Origin: Octopus sinensis
Lineage: Eukaryota
NCBI RefSeq assembly: GCF_006345805.1
Contig: NC_043006.1
Coordinates: 29,326,001 to 29,390,000, forward strand
Length of the DNA: 64,000 nt
Direction: 5' to 3'
A program made the position numbers and the translations under genes. A model generated the notes under the pieces. That model was not told where the DNA came from, searched no databases, and saw only the letters and a program-made list of their open reading frames with translations. Below, piece by piece: positions 28,603 through 40,914 of this stretch. Position 1 is the first letter of the stretch; each line of letters begins with the position of its first letter.

Positions 28603-29018
28603 ATACTCAGACAACTGGACTGTCACACTTGGAGTGAATCGGGTTTTGTCAATTACACCAGTAAACTTTCAACTGGGACCATTTATATTAATTGTTGCTT
28701 TGCCAATTAGTCACGTTTATGCTGGTATTACACTTGGATATAATGCTGAAGGAACTGACTTTACATATTCGACTTGTGATCAAAATAGAAATAATTATTT
28801 TGCTTTTTACGCAAACGCAAACCAGCTGACACCAAAAAGATACTCAAGGATAGGAATGACTTACCACTGGCAAAGCAAGGCCAAAAGTGTTCCTTCATCA
28901 GCTTTGTTAACCAAAGAATTTTTATATTTTTTTGAAATTTACTTTGGAGGTTGTGGTGGACTTGTTACTTGTAACGCAGAGCAGAAATGTACTGGAGCAT
29001 CTCCAGGTTTTATCTTTG
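28603..29018 (+). CDS. Secreted PAN-EGF protein, coding exon 4
   Basis: TTACAG| (I)YSDNW...TCDQNRNNYFAFY...EIYFGGCGG...GFIF |GTAAGT, phase 2 to 1, in frame with exon 3. Confidence 0.88.
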
Positions 29019-30372
29019 GTAAGTATTTCAATTTAAGTTTATTAATTTAAAAGTTGTTATCTCAGATCAGGTTTCCATGTGATCTTGCCAACATTCTTGA
29101 CGCTGATATGAGTATTTTGGATCTGTAAATTTGAATATTTCAAAGAAGTGTTCAAACAGAAGTTACTCCAGTGTCTTGAATTCATATCTACCTCAAATAG
29201 TTTACTGAATGTTCATGAAGAGAATTTATTCTAAGTAACTGAGTTCACAAAGGCTTTCTAGGAAAAATGTTACCTATACAATCACAGATAGACTGACAGA
29301 CAATTCCTTCAAGAAGGAATTGAATTCACATCTTAGATCTACTGACGGGAGATGGCTGCAAGATTAAAATATTAGATTATATGCTCTTACACTCTTATTT
29401 CAAACCTACAGGGAATTAAGTTGCTCATTGTCATGGCACTAGTATCAAATCAGAACCAAAATACACAAAAATGTATCCTTTTACATCATGGAGTATTACT
29501 GGTAACAAATGAACCTGTTGCAACAGGGGTTAGGTAGGTTGTATGAACATTAGGCACAATGCCTGGTGGTATTTATTCTTGTGTTTGGATCCTGCCAAGG
29601 TCATCAAATAAAATAGCAATTAGGGAAAAGGGAGGAGTAGACAGAATTGTCTGATCATTGGTTAGGGTGCCTTGTAGTATTTGTTCCTCTTCAAATCCTA
29701 CCATGGCCTACCTAACTTGTTGACTTAATCCTTCTTCACTCACTTGATCCTTTGTGGAGTGATGAGCAGAATTCATTTTGTTGGAAGCATTTGAGCCAAG
29801 TATCCAGCTTGTGGATTTCTCTCACCAGTCTTTGAGGCTCTGAAAAGGATCATCAATGGGTGTTGTTTCTTTTGACCAAGTAATGAAAGATAGAAATAGA
29901 AATCCTATCCAGTGAGGTGTGTGGAAAGTGGCCATCTTATATATGTGTTTTTCTGTAGCTGTTGAAGGTCAAGTTCCATTGAAGGAAGGGTGTGATCAAA
30001 ACCTACCCCACCTCATTAATTAACCTACATCAGGTTAAATTAAATTCAAAACAGATCATTTTGCATATGTTGTGCCTAAAAGAAGATGGGATGGTTAAGT
30101 AATCGCTTCTAATTTAAGCACAAAGTCAGTGATGTGGCAGATGAGATAATTGATGACATTGAATCTCAGCATTTAATGGCAAAGTTGACCATGCAATCTA
30201 ATAATGGAATAAATACTGTAAGAAATTTAAGAACAAAAACAAAAATCATCAAATTTTATAATTAGATAACATAATTATCTGAAAATATAATTATTTAAAG
30301 TGTGATTGGCAGAACGTTTTATTAATTAAATTTAATAACTGTTTTAATTCTTTTCATGATGGTTTCTTTCAG

Positions 30373-30383
30373 GTATTCCTTAA
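30373..30383 (+). CDS. Secreted PAN-EGF protein, terminal coding exon (GIP-stop)
   Basis: TTTCTTTCAG|GT ATT CCT TAA completes the phase-1 codon; AATAAA at about 30544. Total CDS 1125 nt, 374 aa. Confidence 0.6.
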
Positions 30384-31557
30384 GTAGACAATTCATTGAT
30401 GTCAAATGAGAGCAAATCAGGACGGAAAACAAGCAAACACAGCACAACAAAGAAGAAGTAACAGAGTTCAATGATAAATACAAACAGAATAGTTCCCAAC
30501 AAATACTGAACATTACACTGTTATCAATAGAAGATCTAAGAACAATAAACATGCATCATACAACAACACGTAGTAAACATTAGAAAATTCTGGAACAGTC
30601 AATGGACAACAGAAAATATTATGAAGCTTTCTGAGATGAATGATAATTTTTAAAAAGTAAACGAAAGTATGAAATAGATAGCTGCTGTGCGGTGGTACCC
30701 TAGTGTGACCACAGCCAACAGAAAGAGTGAGTCATAAAGTAGACAATGTATGTATTAGACAGCTTTTAAATAAACAGTATTATGTATAGAGCAGTATTTG
30801 TTGAAGTTTTTGTATTTCTATGCTAAAATATATCAGTGAATCAGTGAGTTTGACTTTAGATTTAAAAGTATTAATCCTGCTATGAGCCATGGTGTCAGAT
30901 ATTTAGTTCTTTACAGTATTAGGGCTAAAAGAACAGAGGCAATATTTTGGATTACCAATTGATGGATTTTGAGATCATATTTGGTAGATTATATATTTGG
31001 AACATTGTAATCATTGCTTTTCATACCAGAACTAAAAAAGGAAAATCATAATAAATACCTTATCCATTTTCCCCAACAATTTCATAGTGTTCTCTCACAT
31101 TTTGGGTCCCAGTGCACAGTTATGGAATTATCATTTCTGCATATACATGTTTTGCAAATAATTTGCAGATGCATGTGGTACCAGTGTCATGAGGATATTC
31201 ATAATACTACTGATAGTGCAGTTTACTGTCATTACTTGCATTTCAGTTTTAATCATGATTTCATCAAAAAGAATTTTCAGGATAACTGTTGTACAACTAA
31301 GTCAACGTAAAACCCTCAAATAGTCCTTTATTACCTCCTAGGAAAGACACAACACCAGTCAACCTTTAGAAATTCATTACATTTTGGTTGTTTGAAAATG
31401 ATGTTCTTTTATTTATCAATTTGTAACTCTCTTGGTTTCTTTCAGAATGTATAAGGATATACACTAACTGTATGTTAAGGGAGCTGCTACTTGGTTGTTC
31501 TACATGCTAAAAATAGCAACTGAATTGCCTCTGTCTTGCAAAAGTGACTAATTAGAC

Positions 31558-31736
31558 CAGTGCTTTTCAAACTTTTTGCTGGAGTGGAACCCCAAGGAAA
31601 CATTCCACTGGCTCGAGGAACCCCTGTGCAATAATTTATTAGTCTTATGCACACATATCTGCACAGGAGAATTAAAAATTAGTGCCGATTTTAGCAGTTT
31701 TGTAACTTCTTGTGGAACCCTGGTTGAAAACCACTG
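31558..31736. mobile_element. hAT (Charlie-type) MITE, 179 bp
   Basis: TIRs CAGTGCTTTTCAA / TTGAAAACCACTG; perfect 8-bp TSD AATTAGAC at 31550-31557 and 31737-31744. Confidence 0.93.
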
Positions 31737-32189
31737 AATTAGACAATGCATTTACACTGTGCAACATGAATTGTCTTGTTAATCATTTACGACTCATGTG
31801 TCAAACACACAGCCTACATACAACCCGTTTTAAACACGAATATGGCCTGCAAGTAGTGTAGCTAAAAGTTTGCCACTGGGAAACCCAAGAAATTTTTAAT
31901 AATAAAAATACTTAATAATGATTTAATTAATAGAAATAAGATAACTTGATGAGCAAATAAAAGGTTTAAAAATTTTTTTACTTTGAAATAAAGAATTGAT
32001 ATGATAGAATTTTAAATAATGAGCATTGTTCAGTTGTAGATCTGATAACTTTACACTTGTTTTGACATACTGTTCAATTTTTGCCGGTGAATGCTGCATA
32101 TACACATTTAGCGCACATGATTCAGTGCATAGTCTCATTTGTTTCACAATTTAAAATTGAGAATGTTTGGACCTTTAAAAGTCAATTTA

Positions 32190-33330
32190 CAATGGCTTCT
32201 GCTCCACCAGGTAAGAAAATGAGGAAGTTGAATGAAAAAGGTTGCATTTTTCAAGAAAAGTGGGAGTTGCTGTGTTTCTGCACAACTGTTATCTCAAAGG
32301 TACATTGCTTAATTTGCAATAACTGCATTGCAACACCAAAGGAATACAACTTAAAACACACACAAAACAAGAAAAAAAAATCACAAGTCTTCCTATGTTA
32401 CACACGAAGGTGGTCTCATGTATGGATCAAAACTGTAAAGTGCATTATTACAAAATTATATTTGCAGAAGTCACAGGAGTCGAATGATATAATAATATAA
32501 TAATAATAATGAAATTATTGTATACAGTGCTCAGGTGCACCACAACTTGTCAAAAGTGCATATAAAGCACATGCAGTAATGTACAAATGTCTGGGAAGTG
32601 AACAGTGTATGAGTTAGATACATGCTTGCGTGTGTATGGAGGGGAGAAAATCAGGTGTAGTGTTGGCGAATCTCAGGAAGCATGGAAGTTCTGAAGGTTG
32701 CAGTGCTCCAACAACTAACAACTGATGCCAGCAGCTTGTTCCATGCTTCAGCAACTCTAAGTGTGAAAAATTGTTTCTGAAAGTCATGGGAGCTGTGCTG
32801 TTTTCTGACTTTGTAAATATTTCACCAAATGCGAAAAACTGAAGAGCAAGACAAAATCTGAGATGGGCTTTTCAAAATATAAAGCTCACATGGAATCTCA
32901 TTCAAAAGAATTTTCTAAAAAAATTTGTTGATTTTTCAGTTTATGAAAAATGAATTTGCTTTATTCACAGCACCTGCTTCCATTGATACTGCAAAGGCAG
33001 ATTAAAGTATACAGATCAAATTCTTCACTAAAAACCAAAGACAATGAAATGGGATTACTAAGCTTTTTTAACAATCTTCCTGAATGATTTGAGAAAATCA
33101 GGCAATCTTTCCACAAGAATTAAGTAATATTTTGTTCAACCTATGTATGCAAACAGTTGTTTTCTTTCATGAAAACAACAAAAACTTATGAAAGGACCAG
33201 GTTGATGGGACAAACATTTGTCATCATTGATGAAAGTGGGAACTGCATGGACATATAAAGAAGATACATAAAAATCAGTTGCAAAAATGCAATACCAAGC
33301 GGCAGGACAGCAGAGATTAATCAGCAGTTC
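32190..33330 (+). mobile_element. hAT transposase remnant (BED-finger N-terminus and dimerisation-region C-terminus)
   Basis: KKMRKLNEKGCIFQEKWE..HCLICNNCIATPKEYNLKH, and near 33140 STYVCKQLFSFMK. Confidence 0.75.
32510..32820 (-). mobile_element. CR1/L2-like LINE 3' fragment nested in the hAT remnant
   Basis: Minus-strand translation DFQKQFFTLRVAEAWNKLLASVV. Confidence 0.7.
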
Positions 33331-33549
33331 TCAGAATCCAGGAGCACATCTTGCAGACCAAGTTAACCTTGATGTTTATGTGGGAATTGCAGCTTAGATT
33401 GTTATCAACAATTACTCCAAGGTCTCTTGTGTTGTTGGATTCATTAGGGAGTCACCCAAGGGAAGAGCATATAGTCATTTCAGAGCTTCCTTCTTCCCAA
33501 AGTGAATCAAATCAAACTTATCTTCATTTAAAAGCATAATGTCTTTTTT

Positions 33550-33591
<42 letters not shown>

Positions 33592-33890
33592 ATATATATA
33601 GATAGATAGATAAAGATACATACATATCTATAATAATTATTTGAGGGAATATAAATCCAAACTTACAGGGAAAAAATTCAATTTAGAAATACTAAATCAA
33701 ATTTCACACAACAAAATATATATGTATAAAAATTAGAAAAAACCCACCTTTTATCAATTCAAAATGAACAATTAAATTACACCATCTAGAAAATTACATA
33801 TAATAGAAATATTAAAATTAAAATAACAATAAAATATCAATGATTAAGTAACTTGCAAAAAAAAAATAAAAACGTATATAATTGGTCGAA

Positions 33891-33979
33891 TAACGGCACG
33901 TGTTTCGTGGCTATATTTAAGAAATGATTATAGTAGTAGTAAAATCCCTTCGATATAAATATAACCACTCATCAGGTTA
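33891..33979 (-). ncRNA. Minimal type I hammerhead ribozyme motif (U16.1 to C variant)
   Basis: TAAC-CTGATGA-[GTGGTTATATTTA / TAAATATAGCCAC, 13-bp stem II]-GAAA-CACGTGC-C-GTTA. Confidence 0.75.
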
Positions 33980-34475
33980 AAAATAAAGTAGAATAATAAA
34001 ATAATTAATTAATAAATATACTATAATATATATATATTATAGTATTTATATATAAATACTAAATATACATAAGTGAAAACTAAAACAATACTTAAATTAT
34101 TAAATACTTTAAAATTAATTAAAATACTCAATGCTAGTACAAGTCATTAAATTGTAATCAAAATAAGAAATGGTTCAAATATAGAGAAACTCTTTAAATA
34201 AGCTAACTATATAATTAATATACATGTGTAGTATCTATAGATTTAATATATCAATCTATAACATAGTTGACTAAATATCAATATAGTACCTAATTAACTT
34301 AAAATTTTATATTACATAATAAATATGCCACCTAATAACTAAATAATATATTGTCTAACGAAATTAATTCTCAAATTAAATTAAATGTAATACGTTAGAT
34401 CCCTTTATATATATTTTATAATAATGAAGACCAAGAGTTGATTAATTGTACATGTAGGGACGAGTCTACATGTAA

Positions 34476-34595
34476 TTGAATAATTATTGTAATTTAGATA
34501 ATGTAGTCTATAAGTGTAGGGTAACTATAATAGATGATAAGAATTTGAATTATCATAATTTTAATACTATTTATATAGGGTCTACTTCTAATTTT
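34476..34595 (+). pseudogene. GIY-YIG endonuclease fragment of a Penelope-like element
   Basis: NVVYKCRVT...NTIYIGSTSNF, then runs into (TA)n. Confidence 0.7.
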
Positions 34596-34611
34596 TCATA
34601 CATATCTATAT

Positions 34612-34646
<35 letters not shown>

Positions 34647-35116
34647 GGTAAAGATACATACTAATCTATATGTATATACACACATATATACATATATAGA
34701 TAGATAGATAAAGATACATACTTATCTATACACACACACACACATATATACATACATAAAGATACATACTTATCTCTCTCTCTATATATATATAAATAAA
34801 TATAGATATAAATATAGATAAAGATACATACATATCTATGTATATATATATATATAAATATAGATAAAGATACATATCTATATATATATATAAAGAAACA
34901 TAAATATATATATATATATAAAGAAACATAAATATATATATATATATATATAATATACATATATATATAAATATGTATACATACATAAATATACATACAC
35001 ACACACATATATATATAATTGATATTATTATATGACTGAATGCCACACATCCTCTTCAAGTAAGTTTTATCTAAATATATATACATTATATATATATATA
35101 TATATATATATATAAT

Positions 35117-35680
35117 CATAGAACTTGAGGCGATCCAACGAAGCTACATGAAGATAGCCTCTGTGCAGCATATAAGCTACTGGGAAAGACTCAAGAGATT
35201 AAGACTCTATTCCTTAGAGCGTAGGCGAGAAAGATATGCCATAATATACATCTGGAAGATCCTAGAAGGACTTGTCCCAAACTTTGGCATTGAGAATTAC
35301 ACAAATGCTAGAATTGGGTGCCACTGCATAGTGCCAAGGACTCCAAATTTGCCATCAAGATGTAGGACAAGATACTGTCATAGCCTGGGCTTGAGAGGCC
35401 CACAGCTCTTCAATATCCTCCCAAAGAACCTGAGAGACCTGCATGGGGTGGATGCAGATGTCTTTATATAAAACTGGATCTCTTCCTGTCAGGTGTCGCA
35501 GATGAACCAACTTCACGGCAGGAGGTGCAGATGAGGGCAGCTGCATCGAACTCTCTCATGCACCAAATGGCAATTGCTAAAAAGCATTCGTGAAGTAAAA
35601 TCATGTAGCAACACCAAATGGCGGTGTCCCAGCATGGCCACAGCTCGTGAGCTGAAACTAGATAAAATAAAATAAATAAA
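35117..35680 (+). mobile_element. CR1/Crack-like LINE 3' fragment
   Basis: YWERLKRLRLYSLERRRERY..GPQLFNILP, ending in an A-rich tail. Confidence 0.85.
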
Positions 35681-35738
35681 ATATATATATTATATATATA
35701 TATATATATATAATTATATATATATATTTTTATATTAT

Positions 35739-35776
<38 letters not shown>

Positions 35777-36075
35777 GTTCATATATTTGTTTTGCAAGAT
35801 TCTTGATGTGAAATCCTGTGCTGAAAAGGATATTGTATTTAGGAATAATGATGTTGCCAGTTTAGCGAATAAAAATACATGCACTAAATATTTGGTGTTA
35901 ATTTACTTGATCTTTATTTATTTTTTACATTAATCATAATCTTATTTCAGCCAGAGTTCTTTCTTCATACTTCTGTGACCTCATCAGTAGTACTTTGCTT
36001 TCTTCTTTCTTATTTGTGTGTCTCTCCTTACTAACGATCAGCCATTTTGTCTATATATATATATATATATTGTAT

Positions 36076-36840
36076 ATATATATACGAGCAAAACACTCCC
36101 CGTCCAATGGATGGTGCTGAATCATATCTGCTGAATAAAAAGCAATCATTGTTTTCTTTTCATTAAAAAATAATTGTGGCACGTCCAGTGCGGGTGGCAC
36201 GTCCAGTGCGGGTGGCACGTAAAAAGCACCCACTACACTCACGGAGTGGTTGGCGTTAGGAAGGGCATCCAGCCGTAGAAACACTGCCAGATTTGACTGG
36301 GCCTGATGAAGCCTTCTGGCTTCACAGACCCCAGTAAAACCGTCCAACCCATGCTAGCATGGAAAACGGACGCTAAATGATGATGATGATGATGATGAAG
36401 CTTGCCTTTATTTCAATAAAATTTTGGGTTTTCTTAAACGAAGTTAAAGCAAAAAGAAAAAAACTTTTTGAGAAACCAAATAGTCTTTTCTTACTTCATG
36501 CCAAATTTGAAGAAAATATCTCTTTTGCATCTTACTTTTTTGGTCTCTTAAATATACTGCATTTCAAGCCTGCTGGCTTTTTTTGCACAAACTGCATGTG
36601 CATTTTTCTCACGTATGCATAGTATCAATCGCAACAGCTGATGTACTTGCGTGTACAAATGCATGCTCCCATGGCTTTACTGATCGCATTCTCACCTGGA
36701 ATCGATTTTTGTAATTTTTTCAAGACTTATACACACCCTGATACCATCGGTATCTGCATATCAAATTTGAGCGTAATCAGATGGAAGATGCCTGAAATCC
36801 TAGAAGACACACAGACAGAGAGAACGGATTTTATATAATA
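36076..36840 (-). mobile_element. Helitron-like element interrupted by an RTE 3' fragment
   Basis: Right end CACAGACAGAGAGAACGGATTTTATATAATA resembles the other Helitron-like 5' ends; left end A|CGAG with CCGTCCAATGGATGG hairpin. Confidence 0.45.
36170..36396 (+). mobile_element. RTE 3'-end fragment
   Basis: GGCACGTAAAAAGCACCCACTACACTCACGGAGTGGTTGG...(GAT)n; 18-bp tandem duplication at its 5' edge. Confidence 0.9.
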
Positions 36841-37559
36841 TATATTTATATATATATGTTATTATTATTATATATGTATATATATGTATACATAGTTGAA
36901 AAATACCATTATAGGTATAAATATACCATAAACAATTATAGTAAAATGGAGGAGAAAAAAAAGATGTTGAATCAAAATTAGATTTAATACAAAATAGGAT
37001 TCAGTACATACGGTTATTTTTTTCCCTTTTACAACTTGCTTGTAAATATCCAATTTTTCCCTATTTGTATTCTCCTTTATTGTATCTTATTTTAATTTAA
37101 TTTATGTTGATGTCCTAAAAATTCTTTACACTGATGAGAATGACAATGCATAAATTTAATTATAATTACTATGAATATATCTATAATTGCTTATGGTACA
37201 TTTATATCTATAATAATATTTTTCAACTACTATTTTCATATCCTTATTACTTGTTCAGGCTGTTTTTTTTATGAATATGATGAATCTTTTATTAGAAATC
37301 ATTATTTTTCTCTTTTCGGACCTCTCAAAAAGTTTAAATTGTTTTTTTAACTTATTTTTTCCCATATATGTATATTTATATATATGTATACATACATATA
37401 AATATATATATACACACACACATCTATACATACATACATATATATACATGTATATATATACTTATCTATATGAATACATATATATATGTATACATGTATA
37501 TGTATACATATATATGAATACACATATATATGAATACATATATATGTATAGGTATATAT

Positions 37560-37606
<47 letters not shown>

Positions 37607-37717
37607 ATTTATTTATTTTGATAAATTAATACATACATATAAATATATGCATATACATATATTCATATATATACATATATATATATGTATGTACATATAT
37701 ATATATATGTACATATA

Positions 37718-37759
<42 letters not shown>

Positions 37760-37760
<1 letters not shown>

Positions 37761-38882
37761 TAGCTGAAGGTGACCCGTTCTACGCACGGGTAAGAGTGTG
37801 GTTGTTACTTTCTGCTGCTTCGTTTCAGCACGTAAAAAGCACCATCCGAACGTGGCCGATTGCAGTTGCCGCTGCGAGCCCCCCTGGCACCTGTGCCGGC
37901 AGCACGAAAAAAGCACCCACTACACTCACAGAGTGGTTGGCGTTAGGAAGGGCATCCACCTGTAGAAACACTGCCAGATCAGACTGGAACCTGGTGCAGC
38001 CTCCTGGCTTCCCAGACCCCGGTCACACTGTCCAACCCGTGCTAGCACGGAAAACGGACGTTAAACGATGATGATGATGATGATTCTCCGTATTTGTTTC
38101 TCTCTCACTTTCCCACTATCTTACTTTTCTTTTCTCTCGGACTCTCCCTCGCTTTCTCTTACTCTCTATCTTTATCTCTCTCCCATTTATAAACAACAGA
38201 AGATCTTGAGTAAGTTGAGAAATAAAATATTTAGAAAGATCAATCAGAAATATGAGGCAGTGGCAATGGAAAGGTCTGCTTCAAGGCAGACAGCAAAATG
38301 CTAACATTTAAAAGGGACAGACGAAATTGCGAGCTGAATAAAAATAATAATATATTGGAAACCAAAGTTTGAAGGGATAGAATTTGAGGATAGTAGAGTC
38401 ACCATGGCTGGCATTTCTTAACGACGGACAGCAACGTATTGACAGTTTAACGGCTGGCGTAAAATTTTGAACTTGATATAAAAGAAAATTCGTAAACACC
38501 AAGTTTTGAAGTGATTCTTTCTCACGACAGTAGACTCACCATGGCAAGCATTCAAAACTTCTTTATCATGGACGGCAACACATTGACGATTAAAGGGCTG
38601 GCGCAAATTTTTTAGCTTGATGTAACAGAGAATTCCTAAACACCCGCTCCTTGAAATTTTAATCCCCTTCCAGCCCCATTTAGACCCCTTTTCACATTTT
38701 GGCTAATATAACCCGATTTCATTCGGGTCTACTGGGGCCACATTTTATAAGATGAGGAATTTTGTCCTAGAGGTGACGCCTTTCATTTGAGGAAAAAAAT
38801 AGTTGTCATGCAAACTTGCCAGCACTTTTAACATAGGTGTGCATATTTTCAGCTGAATCGACCGACTACGTAATGCACACAT

Positions 38883-38890
<8 letters not shown>
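37760..38890 (-). mobile_element. Helitron-like element interrupted by an RTE 3' fragment
   Basis: A|CTAG at 37760 followed by hairpin ACCCGT-TCTACGC-ACGGGT; internal sub-repeats at 38390-38610. Confidence 0.65.
37830..38082 (+). mobile_element. RTE 3'-end fragment
   Basis: Shared 3' terminus and (GAT)n tail. Confidence 0.9.
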
Positions 38891-38918
<28 letters not shown>

Positions 38919-39915
38919 CATGCATTATATATCCAAATGAGATATATATCTGTATAAATTAAATTAGAGATAAAACCACTAATAGGCAAATCAAACAGTG
39001 AAAAACCAAAAACAAAAACATTAAAAAAATATATAATATAGAAAATATATAAAATATAAAATTGAAAATAAAAATTATTAAATTATATTTATAATTTGTT
39101 TAAAAATATATATAACTATGAAAAAGTATGAAAAAGTTTAATATACATAAATACAGATATATACACGTTGTATATATACATATTTATATATAGAACACAC
39201 ACACACACACATACATTATGTATACATATTCATATATAGAACACACACACACACATACATTTATAAATGAACGCAAGAATATCTGATTCATAATATTTGT
39301 TCTCATGATTGTGTGTTGATGGTAGCGATGATAATTCTCCCTATGAATGCAAACAGATACATCAAAGAAAGCCGCCTGACGAACTTATAAAGGGAAAGTG
39401 AAAGGGAGTTGAGGGGAATACATTAAATAACTGGAGTGGACTTCTCAATGTTATAAATGAAGGGGAGTAAGAGAGGGAAAGGAGGAAATAGCGTGAGTGA
39501 GGAAGATGACCCCTAGCAACCACACCTTTTAAGATAGGGATTTCTAAGGTAGCCCACGAGCATCGTCACCTCATTCTACATGTCCCTGTAAATTTTGGAG
39601 CGAATCGGGTGGGATGTAGTGGCATTGAAAGCGATCCAAGCGGTAAAAACGCATTTCAGTTTTATATATAGAGATATGTATATCTATATATCTATCTATA
39701 TATATCTATATATATATATCTATCTATCTATCTATATATATATATATATATATACACATACATATATATATATATGTACATATATACATATACATAGTAG
39801 GTACTGCAAATTTAGAGTGAATACTTGATAAGTGTAAGCACCTGTATACGCCAGATAGTGGCAGAGGTGAGAGAGAATATATCAAATAAAATCAAAAACA
39901 GAACACAAAGGATAT

Positions 39916-40008
39916 CACGGTATACGTGTTTCAAGCTTTATAAACGACCTGTTCTTACATCAGTGTATAATAGATATAAAAGATGGTTTAAAGCTCTCTT
40001 CAGCCACA
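39916..40008 (-). ncRNA. Second minimal type I hammerhead ribozyme motif (stem III mismatch)
   Basis: TGTGG-CTGAAGA-[GAGCTTTA / TAAAGCTT stem II]-GAAA-CACGTAT-A-CCGTG. Confidence 0.6.
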
Positions 40009-40281
40009 TACATTGTTATTCCAAAGAGTCATATATACATATACATATATATAGATAAATACATACATACGTACATATATATATATATATATATATATAA
40101 TATAATAATAAGAGTAAATAATTTCTATAAAGGCTTTTAAAAAAACCCCAATTATTTACTGGTAGAATTCGGTATGTAAATATAGCCGATTACCGGCAGG
40201 AACTTCTGTAAAGTTCAGTATATATATTGTATATAAGAAAAAGGGACAGGCAAACAGGTTGCTTGACCGCATACCGAAAAA

Positions 40282-40445
40282 ATAGAAATAGCAGTCAAGA
40301 ATGCTTATTTCTATCAAAGTTGGACTCCAGGCACGACAAACCTGTAATTCACATATCCTTCTGTTTTGCATATGTGAATTACAGGGTTTGTCGTGCCTGG
40401 AGTCCAACTTTGATAGAAATAAGCCTTCTTGACTGCTATTTCTAT
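40282..40445. repeat. Inverted repeat, ~75-bp arms, 13-nt loop
   Basis: 40282-40356 pairs with 40370-40445, with one mismatch and one indel seen. Confidence 0.95.
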
Positions 40446-40455
40446 ATATATATAT

Positions 40456-40522
<67 letters not shown>

Positions 40523-40570
40523 TATAATATATATATATTATATATATATATATATACATATATACATATA

Positions 40571-40729
40571 TATAATATAATTCGAGACAAAACCACTATT
40601 TTAAAATCAAACAAGGAAGACTTAATCAATACATAAAATTTTATTTAATTTATATTAAAATTTTATGTATTGATTAAGTCTTTCCTTGTTTGATTTTAAA
40701 ATAGTGGTTTTGTCTCGAATTATATTATA
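40571..40729. repeat. Inverted repeat, ~73-bp arms, 12-nt loop, at the end of a Penelope-like terminal fragment
   Basis: 40571-40643 pairs with 40656-40729, with one indel seen. Confidence 0.93.
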
Positions 40730-40914
40730 TAATATTTTACTATAAAATTGGATTTAACCCTAAATCTGATTTTTCCCTGTAATTTTGGATTCATTCCCTA
40801 ATATTTATTATATACATATATATATATACATATATATATGTACATACATATATATACATACATATATACATATACATATATATATACATATATATATATA
40901 CATATATATATAAC

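Larger units (their letters stand above)
33610..34600. mobile_element. Penelope-like element remnant
   Basis: Contains a hammerhead motif and a GIY-YIG fragment. The left end (GAGGGAATATAAATCCAAACTTACAGGGAAAAA) resembles the reverse complement of 40755-40805. Confidence 0.65.

Noticed and set aside
31445-31480. Alternative terminal exon for the PAN-EGF gene after CTTTCAG
   Set aside because: The closer acceptor at 30372 has a good tract, an immediate stop and a downstream AATAAA; not excluded without RNA data.
35945-35987. Minus-strand CTGATGA..GAAA hammerhead-like core
   Set aside because: Stem II is imperfect and there is no plausible stem I or cleavage triplet.
39376-39403. CTGACGA-ACTT/AAGT-GAAA core
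   Set aside because: No stem III, UH site or stem I.
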